From the NCBI GenBank assembly GCA_964486045.1, contig CAZALK010000010.1, forward strand, positions 32,001 to 96,000: a stretch of 64,000 nucleotides of DNA, in the 5' to 3' direction. Positions within the stretch are counted from its first letter, which is position 1; every line of letters begins with the position of its first letter. The notes below the pieces were generated by a model. The model had not been told where the DNA came from, ran no database searches, and worked only from the letters and a program-made list of their open reading frames with translations. This document shows, piece after piece, positions 10,414 to 18,835 of the stretch. The position numbers and the translations under genes were made by a program. Source of the stretch: an uncultured archaeon (GTDB lineage: Archaea; Asgardarchaeota; Lokiarchaeia; Sigyniarchaeales; SOKP01).

Positions 10414-11181
10414 ATTAGTATTGACTGGGAAAAAGCTGAATCAAAACCAGAAAAGAAACTAGCTGTTGAGGGAAGATTTTTACTAGATCTAAGATCCAAA
10501 ATTAATAACATAGAAAAACAATTAGCTCAAAAAACTAAAGATTTAGAAAAATCTACTAATGATCTAACAACTACTCAAGAGAAATTACAAGAAATAGAGA
10601 AAATTACCAAAAATAAAAATAAAAGTTTTGAAGAAACACTGAAAAATTTTGAAAGAGCAAAAGAAGAAAAACTTTATGCTGACGCTGAAATTACTAAGCT
10701 AATAACCTCAAAATCAGAGATTGAAAAAAAAATGGCAGAGAGAGAATCTAAAATTACAGAATTGGAAAATAAACTAAAAGAGGCTTCATTAAAAGCTGAA
10801 ACTTTAGAAAAAGAAAAGGATGATGTTCAAACTAACATAGCAAAAGAAAAGGAAGATGTACAAACTAATTTGGAAAAAGAAAAAAATGATTTTAAAGAAA
10901 ATTTACAGCAAAAGGAGAATGAAATTGCAGATCTGAAAAAGCAACTACAGACAATTAATTCAAATAATTATGTTGAGATTGAAAGCCTGAAAAATGAAAA
11001 AGATTCCCAAGCAACAGAGATAACAACCTTAAAACAAAAAATCGAATCACTCGAAGATGCCATCTCTGAAGCTAAAGGAGCACCCCAACTTATGGAAGAA
11101 GTTAAAAACATTATGTCTCATAAGGGATTCTTGAGTGACCGTGAATTTGATGATCTCCTCTCTAAATTAGACATTAAATAA
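10414..11181 (+). CDS. Long coiled-coil protein, paralogue B (probable ATT start)
   Basis: Frame is open 106 codons upstream of the track's ATG at 10732 and encodes SIDWEKAESKPEKKLAVEGRFLLDLRSKI, homologous to paralogue A. AAGGTGA lies just upstream; in-frame TGA at 10405. Tail KGFLSDRE. Confidence 0.75.
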   Translation: MSIDWEKAESKPEKKLAVEGRFLLDLRSKINNIEKQLAQKTKDLEKSTNDLTTTQEKLQEIEKITKNKNKSFEETLKNFERAKEEKLYADAEITKLITSKSEIEKKMAERESKITELENKLKEASLKAETLEKEKDDVQTNIAKEKEDVQTNLEKEKNDFKENLQQKENEIADLKKQLQTINSNNYVEIESLKNEKDSQATEITTLKQKIESLEDAISEAKGAPQLMEEVKNIMSHKGFLSDREFDDLLSKLDIK

Positions 11182-11199
11182 ATTCTTTTTACTATCAGA

Positions 11200-12294
11200 A
11201 TGGTTAAGTTAACTTGGGAAGAAAAAAAAGACGTCAACATAAATCTAGTTAAACTAAAAACAAAATATTCTAATTTTTTTGAAGATCTGCTAGACAATAC
11301 ATCAATCGACAACGAGCAAGTCCCTTCTAGTTCTAAAAGTAATAGATGGAAAAATAAATTATTTTGGGGTGAAAATTTAGAAGTTTTATATTCATTGTTA
11401 AATAATTTCGAAAATAAAATAGATCTCATTTATATTGATCCCCCTTTCTTTTCGGGTGTGAATTACAAAATAGAAATTTCTATTGAAAGTAAAGCTTATG
11501 ATTCGATTGCTTACATTGATAGCTGGCAAAAAGGTTTTGATTCATATTTACAAATGCTTTATGAACGAATAATACTATTTCAAAAACTTCTCTCACAGAC
11601 AGGCTTACTATTTATTCATCTAGATTGGCATGCTAGTCATTATATCAGAATATTGTTAGATGAGGTCTTTGGTAGAAATAAGTTTGTAAATAATATTATA
11701 TGGTACTATTACAACAAATATTCTGCTGGAAAGAAAAATCTACCACGCACATATGATAACATCTTAGTCTATTCCAAATCACAACAATACACTTTTAATC
11801 AAATTAGGATACCTCGCAAAAAACCAAGAAAACAACTAATGAGAGTCAATGTTAATGGTGTTTTAAAGAATGCTAAGGATGAGAATGGTCATGTAAGATA
11901 TCGTATTGTCACAGATAAGAAGTTAGATGATGTTTGGAAAATCCCCTGTCTGCAACCGGCTTCAAAGGAATGGACGGGCTTTCCTACCCAAAAACATCAT
12001 AAATTATTGGAAAGAATAATAGAGTTAGGATCTAATGAAGGTGATTTAATAGCAGACTTTTTTTGTGGCTCAGGGACTAGTTTGTTGGCTGCAGAAAAGT
12101 TAAAAAGAAGATGGATCGGATGTGATATCTCTGAATATTCGATGTACTTAACTAGAAAGCGTCTTTTAAACCATCATAAAAATATTCAAAAATATTTTTC
12201 CTTTGATATTTTAACTCACATGAATAAAAAGAGAAAAAAAATAATCGATTCGGGTTTCTTTAGAAAGAATCTCTCAGTAAAAAGGAAAAAATGA
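11200..12294 (+). CDS. Site-specific DNA methyltransferase (N6-A/N4-C, beta class), apparently orphan
   Basis: DPPF catalytic motif precedes FPTQK and the DFFCGSGT SAM-binding motif. Confidence 0.9.
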   Translation: MVKLTWEEKKDVNINLVKLKTKYSNFFEDLLDNTSIDNEQVPSSSKSNRWKNKLFWGENLEVLYSLLNNFENKIDLIYIDPPFFSGVNYKIEISIESKAYDSIAYIDSWQKGFDSYLQMLYERIILFQKLLSQTGLLFIHLDWHASHYIRILLDEVFGRNKFVNNIIWYYYNKYSAGKKNLPRTYDNILVYSKSQQYTFNQIRIPRKKPRKQLMRVNVNGVLKNAKDENGHVRYRIVTDKKLDDVWKIPCLQPASKEWTGFPTQKHHKLLERIIELGSNEGDLIADFFCGSGTSLLAAEKLKRRWIGCDISEYSMYLTRKRLLNHHKNIQKYFSFDILTHMNKKRKKIIDSGFFRKNLSVKRKK

Positions 12295-12298
12295 AATT

Positions 12299-13735
12299 CT
12301 ACGAGTTTTGGTTGTGATATCTTATACTATACCTTAAATATTTTGATAATGCTTCATACACAGCATCTCCAATTTTATTTAATGAAGCGGCAACATGATG
12401 AGCGTATCCTTCTTCACATACAATTTTCAACAAATCTTGTAAATTAGGGATTTCAACAACCCCATATCCTCCAAATGTATTTACAGGATCATCTATGTAA
12501 TTACCTTCTGTTACTATCGCTTTAATCTCGCCAAATAAATCATCTGTATCAACTCTAAGTAATGTACAGGGTTTGGTTTTGATTCGTCCTTGAATTGCTC
12601 CAAAACTTACCTCCTCTCCCTTTAAATCAGAAATAATAGGGTGAATAGTCATTTGGCTATCTTTAAAGAAAGATTTAGGAAGGTTACTACAATGAAATAA
12701 TATCAATTTGTTAGGATTTTTACCGTAATTGTTATTCCAATCGAGAATAGCAGAAGGTGTATCAGAAGCAGTCTGTAAAATTAACATACTAATCAACCCA
12801 GGAATATCTGCTTCACAAGCGGCTGGTACTAATCCTTCGCTAAACATACTTAGTACTGCACAAGGCACGATACCGAAGTTATCTTGAATTGAAGGCCAAC
12901 ATTGAAATGCAAAACCATCTAGTTCATTTTCAAAGACCCAATTTTCAACCACTACTGCTAATTTTGCTAATTTAATGACCCCTTCTTCTGGAAATGAGGA
13001 AGTTGAGGTATAATTTTTAATAAATTGGATTTTTTCTACTACTTTTGGATCGTTATTATTTAATTTGCTAATAAAACCAAAAATTTCAGATAAGTCAATT
13101 GGTTCTATACTTATACCATTGAACTCCAGAATTTTTTCACTGTACCTTACGGTTTCAAATGCGTTAGGTCGTGTTCCAATTTGACCCAACCTAACCACCC
13201 TAAGTTTTTTCACAATTTTGCAAATTTTTTCAAACCACCTTAGATCTTTCTTAAAAATGTCTGATTTTATTGGACAAGTATGATATTCTGTAAGAGTAAA
13301 TGGAATTCCATATTGATACAATACACTAGTGACTGAAATTTTACCACAAAATGCATCTCTTCGATTTGGACGATCCATTTTATCAAGCTCATCAGATGAT
13401 GCTTGAATTAACACAGGAACATTGAGATCTGCAATTTTTAGTGTGTTAGCTACTCCCTTTTCATCACCAAAATTAGGAAGTATAACTATTACTCCGCCTA
13501 TTTTTTCCGCATTATTTTTAAATAAAAAGGCACATTTTTTAGCTTCTTTATAGGTTTCTACTGTTCCAGATTTTGTATCCTCCTCGCTTAAAATAACATA
13601 ATTGTAACCCATTTCTTCCATAACTTCTATAATTTCAAGCCTCCCTTCTTTTGCTAGATTATCTGGAAACACATCTCGGTTACCTACAATGATTCCAAAC
13701 GTTATTTTTTCAGGTGTTTTGGATTTAAATCCCAT
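12299..13735 (-). CDS. L-fucose/L-arabinose isomerase family protein
   Basis: 'NFGDE', 'RRDAFCGK', 'QCW', 'ACEAD', 'FHC', 'HHVA'. Confidence 0.88.
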   Translation of the reverse strand: MGFKSKTPEKITFGIIVGNRDVFPDNLAKEGRLEIIEVMEEMGYNYVILSEEDTKSGTVETYKEAKKCAFLFKNNAEKIGGVIVILPNFGDEKGVANTLKIADLNVPVLIQASSDELDKMDRPNRRDAFCGKISVTSVLYQYGIPFTLTEYHTCPIKSDIFKKDLRWFEKICKIVKKLRVVRLGQIGTRPNAFETVRYSEKILEFNGISIEPIDLSEIFGFISKLNNNDPKVVEKIQFIKNYTSTSSFPEEGVIKLAKLAVVVENWVFENELDGFAFQCWPSIQDNFGIVPCAVLSMFSEGLVPAACEADIPGLISMLILQTASDTPSAILDWNNNYGKNPNKLILFHCSNLPKSFFKDSQMTIHPIISDLKGEEVSFGAIQGRIKTKPCTLLRVDTDDLFGEIKAIVTEGNYIDDPVNTFGGYGVVEIPNLQDLLKIVCEEGYAHHVAASLNKIGDAVYEALSKYLRYSIRYHNQNS

Positions 13736-13826
13736 ATTTTTATTCTCGATTTATTATATTTACAAAATTTAATTAAGTAATTTAATTAAAGAATTTAAAA
13801 CTAAAATAAAAATTGGTACCTCTTCA

Positions 13827-15089
13827 ATGAATATAAGATCTAGATTCATAACTAAAATAAAACATCTTTGGGATCAAAAGATATTTCGTTTAGCAGTTGT
13901 CTTACACAGTTTTTACTTTATTCTTTCGATAATTTTATTCTTATTACTTTATAAGGAAAAAAATGATTTTTTAATTTTTTATCATGTTGGGGATATTTTC
14001 GTCAATGATATTGAAAATTTGTATGATCAAACCCATTATTTATGGGATTTTAGATATTTTCCTTTATCAGCACTTTTTTTTATTCCTTTTTCAGTCTTGA
14101 GTTTTGAAATTGCATTTATAGCTTTTAATATTTTTAATGTTCTGCTTAACGTTCTGATTTCCGTTATCCTCTATAAAGTAATTATTTTAGTCAGAGATAA
14201 AGATCATGAGAAAGATGATAAAAGAATAATAATTTATATATGTATTTACTTAATGGGTTTACCTCATATCTTAAATTATGTTTATGGGCAAATAAACTTA
14301 TACATAACACTATTTATTATAGTATCTCTCTATATATTTCTTAAATATGAAGACCTTAAATGGCAATTAATTGGAAGCGTAATCCTAGGAATTAGCATCA
14401 TAATTAAACCCACGGCATTATTCCTAATTCCATTTTTAATAGTGTTAAAATTTGATCTAGGAAAGAAGAAGTTTAGCTTTAATTTCTCTACAAGTGCTAT
14501 AAGGTTAATTGGCGTCGTTTTACCTGTCTCATTAAATTTTATACTTTTTTTTATGTATCCCCCTTTATGGGAAGGCTTCTTAAAAACAAATTTTACGGGG
14601 AGCAATCCGGTTGCATTAAATTTTTCTTTCAGCATTTCAAAACTAATTATTAATTTCTGCTATTTCTTTAATATTCCTTTTAATCAAATCTTCATATTAA
14701 TCGTAGTTATCGGTGTCATAGGTGGTCTAGGTTTTATTGTCTTTATATTAAGAAGAACTGAAAATTATTCTATAATATATGGATTTGCATTAGGTATAAC
14801 CATAATGCTCCTTGTTTATTATGATTCTTGGGACCATCATCTGTTAAATTTAATCCCTGTTTTAATTATTATTATTTTCAATCTTCCTAAGAACTCAGGA
14901 ATAACAACATCCATTAAAACAAGTTTGATTTTCTTCAGCTTTTTCGATCTTGCTTTTGTGGGCATCTGGTACCTCATTTATCCGTTGTTTCCATTCAATT
15001 TTGAAGGTACCTTCTTCCTATTAATTTCTTTTTATGCTCTCTATAAGTATTTGGTGAAAAAAGAAATGCATCAAACAATGGAGGACTAA
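13827..15089 (+). CDS. GT87-family (GT-C, DUF2029/PimE-like) membrane glycosyltransferase
   Basis: 'DF..FY', 'FRYFP', 'GQIN', 'IKP', 'N.S', 'SWDHH' within a polytopic membrane protein. Confidence 0.8.
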   Translation: MNIRSRFITKIKHLWDQKIFRLAVVLHSFYFILSIILFLLLYKEKNDFLIFYHVGDIFVNDIENLYDQTHYLWDFRYFPLSALFFIPFSVLSFEIAFIAFNIFNVLLNVLISVILYKVIILVRDKDHEKDDKRIIIYICIYLMGLPHILNYVYGQINLYITLFIIVSLYIFLKYEDLKWQLIGSVILGISIIIKPTALFLIPFLIVLKFDLGKKKFSFNFSTSAIRLIGVVLPVSLNFILFFMYPPLWEGFLKTNFTGSNPVALNFSFSISKLIINFCYFFNIPFNQIFILIVVIGVIGGLGFIVFILRRTENYSIIYGFALGITIMLLVYYDSWDHHLLNLIPVLIIIIFNLPKNSGITTSIKTSLIFFSFFDLAFVGIWYLIYPLFPFNFEGTFFLLISFYALYKYLVKKEMHQTMED

Positions 15090-15093
15090 GAAA

Positions 15094-15861
15094 TTGAAAG
15101 GAAAAAAGCTATCTCTAGGTTTTTTGATTGTTTTTATCTTTATAAACGGGATGATTTTCAATGTTTTTGGGATCAATTATGGGATTGGTGTGCATCAAAA
15201 TGATGAGTTAGTATGGGAGTGTAAAGTTAGTATTAACTCTGAAATAGATTTGATTTTTGGAAATGGGTGGGATAGTTCAGGAATTTTCACAAATTTAAGT
15301 CGAGGAACGAGGATGAAATGGAGAATAAATTCTGCTGAAATAAATGACACCATTAGCAGTATTGAATATGATATATGGTTTTGGAGTTTAAATGATGATT
15401 GGGGTACCAAAGATAATAGCTCCCAAATTAATGTTTTTATTGATCCGATTGATTATTCGGAGAACTATAGTTTTCTTAATTATACTTCACTTGTCCCATT
15501 TTGGATTCCTATTCCAGTGGGAGAGTACATAGGAGGTCTAAGTTCAAATCTAAGTTCTTGGTATGATGTAGATAATAGAGTGTTACCGACATTAAATGTA
15601 AACATTCGAAAGAATGATATTTCTCCTGGTTATCCTAACAAAGATATTAAAATCATTGCTATTTACAATGATCGTGGGCTTTTGAATTCTTACAAACTCT
15701 ATGGAAAGGGAAACACAGTAATTATTGATATAGTTCTAGATGATTTACCATTCTATGTAATACCTACATTAATAGGGTTAATAGTTGCTTTCTCTGTATG
15801 TATCATCATATATATTGTAAAAAATAAATATATACATAATTCACCAATAGTTAAGAAATGA
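15094..15861 (+). CDS. Exported/surface protein with a signal peptide and C-terminal TM anchor
   Basis: N-terminal KK plus hydrophobic segment; several N-x-S/T sequons; C-terminal TM followed by KNK. Confidence 0.75.
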   Translation: MKGKKLSLGFLIVFIFINGMIFNVFGINYGIGVHQNDELVWECKVSINSEIDLIFGNGWDSSGIFTNLSRGTRMKWRINSAEINDTISSIEYDIWFWSLNDDWGTKDNSSQINVFIDPIDYSENYSFLNYTSLVPFWIPIPVGEYIGGLSSNLSSWYDVDNRVLPTLNVNIRKNDISPGYPNKDIKIIAIYNDRGLLNSYKLYGKGNTVIIDIVLDDLPFYVIPTLIGLIVAFSVCIIIYIVKNKYIHNSPIVKK

Positions 15862-17141
15862 TTGCAAAACAAATTTTACCCAAAATTAAAAGCAGGATTA
15901 AGGTATTATGGGAGTATAAAATATTTAAATATACTTTAATAATTCATGGAGGTTATTTTATAGTTTCACTCATTTTAACACTCATTTTTTTTAGGGATCA
16001 GAGCGATTTCCTTGTCTATTATGAAGTAGGAGAAGTAGTACTTAGAGACATTAATGATCTTTATACTCAGCCCTATAAATGGCCATTTAGATACTTACCA
16101 ATTTCCTCATTGTATTTTGTTCCCTTCTATTTGATGGGGTTTGATTTAGGTTTCATAGTTTTTAACTTAATAAACTTGATGTTAAACATTCTAATTTCTA
16201 TATTTCTTTTTAGGATTATTAATTTGGTAAGAAAAAAGGATCATGAGCAAAATGATAATAGGGTTATTCTTTACATTTGTTTATACATGATTAGCCTTCC
16301 GCAGATATTTAATTATATTTTAGGACAAATTAATTTGTATGTAACACTGTTGATTTTATTGTCATTATTTATATATTTGAAATACTCTGAACTAAAATGG
16401 CATTTTATTGCTAGTATAATTCTTGGTTTAAGCATAGTGATAAAACCGATAACAATTCTCATGATTCCCTTCCTATTTGTATTGAAAATTGATTTAAGAA
16501 ATAAAAAAGTAAAACTTGATGTTACTAAAAGCATTATACGATTAATTGGAATAATACTACCCATCTCCCTTAATTTTATAATGTTTGTAATGTTTCCACG
16601 ATTATTACAGGGATTTTTAGCCACAAATTTTACGAGTTCTGAACCTTCACAAGCGAATCATTCATTTAGCATTACCAAATTAATTATTAATATCTTGTAT
16701 TTTATAGGAATTGCTGAGGAACAAGTGTTATCGATTCAATTATACTTATTTTTCATTATTTTAGTAATAGTAGCTCTATTAGGTTTCCTATCATTCATAA
16801 CAAGAAAGATTAACGAACATGCGATTATATATGGTTATAGTTTTGGGATCTTAATTATGTTCCTTTGTTATTACGATTCCTGGAACCACCATTTACTGAA
16901 CTTAACACCTTTATTAATAATTATTTTATTCAATTTATCGCGAAAATCTGAAATAACTAAAAAATTCATCAAACCCAGTTTTTTCTTTTTAAGTTTTCTT
17001 GATCTAGCGTTCATGGGGTTATATTTTGCAGTAGAAGACTATTTTCCTTTTAATTTCGCGAGCACCATCTTCCTTTTACTTGTTTTTTATGGATTAATTA
17101 AGTATTTAAATTTTAAAAATGATAAAAAAAGGCTCAATTAG
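15858..17141 (+). CDS. GT87-family glycosyltransferase, paralogue of 13827..15089
   Basis: Same motifs (DFLVYY, FRYLP, GQINLY, IKP, SWNHH) and a shared 'KDHE..D.R' loop. Confidence 0.8.
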   Translation: MIAKQILPKIKSRIKVLWEYKIFKYTLIIHGGYFIVSLILTLIFFRDQSDFLVYYEVGEVVLRDINDLYTQPYKWPFRYLPISSLYFVPFYLMGFDLGFIVFNLINLMLNILISIFLFRIINLVRKKDHEQNDNRVILYICLYMISLPQIFNYILGQINLYVTLLILLSLFIYLKYSELKWHFIASIILGLSIVIKPITILMIPFLFVLKIDLRNKKVKLDVTKSIIRLIGIILPISLNFIMFVMFPRLLQGFLATNFTSSEPSQANHSFSITKLIINILYFIGIAEEQVLSIQLYLFFIILVIVALLGFLSFITRKINEHAIIYGYSFGILIMFLCYYDSWNHHLLNLTPLLIIILFNLSRKSEITKKFIKPSFFFLSFLDLAFMGLYFAVEDYFPFNFASTIFLLLVFYGLIKYLNFKNDKKRLN

Positions 17142-17144
17142 AAA

Positions 17145-17864
17145 ATGGAAATAATTCCTGCTATAGATATTAGTAACGGAAGATGTGTTCGATTATATAA
17201 AGGGAGAAAGGGAACAGAGACAATATATTTTGAGAATCCTCTTGAAGCGTTAGAATTCTGGACAAAAAATGGAGCAAAAAGACTTCATTTTATTGATCTC
17301 GATGGAGCATGGGGCTCAGATATCAATAAAAAGTTGCTTCGAGAGATGATTAAAATTGTTCCCAATAAAACTAAAATTCAAATAGGTGGAGGAATCAGAA
17401 GTATTGAATCTGCTCTAGAGTTAATTAAACTTGGTGCCGATCGCGTTATTATAGGCACCTTTGCGGTAAAAAATCCTAAAGGTGTAAAAAATTTATTAGA
17501 AACAATTGGTGTTGATAAAGTAATTATTGCAATCGATTACCGAAAAGAAAGAGTGGCCATTCAAGGATGGACTGTACTTTCCAATAAAAATCCATTTTCC
17601 TTTGGACGAGAGCTCGAAGAATTTGGAGTAAAATACTTCATTTTTTCATCAATTGAGGCAGATGGAACTTTATCTGGTCCAGATTTTGAAAATATAAGAA
17701 AGATGATTAAATCAGTTAAGAATTCTTCAATTTATGTTGCAGGTGGGGTAAGATCTATAGAGGATTTAGAAACTTTGCAAAAAATCGGAGTTAAAGGGGT
17801 TATAATTGGGAAAGCTTTCTATGAACATTCTTTACCATTTTCTATAATCAAAAATTCTATATAG
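17145..17864 (+). CDS. hisA: ProFAR isomerase HisA
   Basis: 'IIPAIDISNGRCVRL', 'HFIDLDGA', 'QIGGGIRS', 'DGTLSGPD', 'AGGV'. Confidence 0.95.
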   Translation: MEIIPAIDISNGRCVRLYKGRKGTETIYFENPLEALEFWTKNGAKRLHFIDLDGAWGSDINKKLLREMIKIVPNKTKIQIGGGIRSIESALELIKLGADRVIIGTFAVKNPKGVKNLLETIGVDKVIIAIDYRKERVAIQGWTVLSNKNPFSFGRELEEFGVKYFIFSSIEADGTLSGPDFENIRKMIKSVKNSSIYVAGGVRSIEDLETLQKIGVKGVIIGKAFYEHSLPFSIIKNSI

Positions 17865-17949
17865 GAAAGTTAAATTATAATCAAAGAGGACCAAAAATTA
17901 GGCTCCAAAAAAGTTTTATAATTACACTTGTATTTTTATCGAATTAAAA

Positions 17950-18684
17950 ATGTTTCAAGCGTTTTATTTCCCTCCATTATTGCTTGTTTTTGCCCCTGCA
18001 TTTACTCTAGGAATTCTTCATACTGCAATTCCATGCGAAGATAAGGCAATATTTTTTTTTTGGTCGTTTGGAATATCTAAAACACCTAAAAAAAGTATTT
18101 TTATTTTAATGCTTTACGGACTAGGATTAATTTCTTCAAATTTAATAATTGCGACAGGAACGATTGTTATTAGTTTTATTCCTCAACTTCTTTTTCCGGC
18201 TATTATTCCAGAAGACCCCTTTTCAATTAATTTCTTTGGAGCTGTTACATCCATGTTTGCGGGATTTGTTTTGTTGTTTTTTATAATAAGGAAAGGATAC
18301 ATGCCCCATTCTAAACAAAGGGAAGAGATCGATAAATTTAATTGGGAAAAGAAAAAAACTCCGTATCTGTTTGGCATCTTAGCAGGATTCGCTCCTTGTA
18401 TTTTTGAGTTGCTCATATATACTTGGTGCCTACAATGGTCATTACGAGGTGGGCTTGGTTTTATAGATGGAATTTTCACTGTGTTTTACTTTTCATTGGG
18501 AACATTTATAGGACTATTCCCTCTGGCTTTAGCTAAGCACGGTACATCTCAAATAATAAAAACTAAAAAAAATGAAAGGCGCGGAGTCTTAATTAGTATG
18601 ATACTTATTATTGTGATATTTAATGCTACAGTTATGATTTTATCCTTCCTTAGGATTCCAGTTTTTCCAAAAGTCCCTTTTTAA
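17950..18684 (+). CDS. UreH/NiCoT/DsbD_2-like metal-handling membrane protein
   Basis: 6-7 TM segments; 'GILHTAIPCED' and 'GILAGFAPC', 'FSLGT' motifs. Confidence 0.6.
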   Translation: MFQAFYFPPLLLVFAPAFTLGILHTAIPCEDKAIFFFWSFGISKTPKKSIFILMLYGLGLISSNLIIATGTIVISFIPQLLFPAIIPEDPFSINFFGAVTSMFAGFVLLFFIIRKGYMPHSKQREEIDKFNWEKKKTPYLFGILAGFAPCIFELLIYTWCLQWSLRGGLGFIDGIFTVFYFSLGTFIGLFPLALAKHGTSQIIKTKKNERRGVLISMILIIVIFNATVMILSFLRIPVFPKVPF

Positions 18685-18835
18685 ATAATTTCATTGAATA
18701 ATATAATGAAAAATTTAAATATCTCTCGATTATTCAATAAAAAGTAGAAATAATAAAATTGGACTCTATAAATATTTTAAGATGTAATTTCATTATATTT
18801 ATATAGTTTTTAAAAATGCAAATGGATTTAAAATA

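Noticed and set aside
9554-11181. Coiled-coil pair as SMC proteins or as the missing chemoreceptors
   Set aside because: No Walker A/B or hinge region, and no MCP hairpin-tip motif (LNAAIEAARAGE.GRGFAVVA) or TM/HAMP segments.
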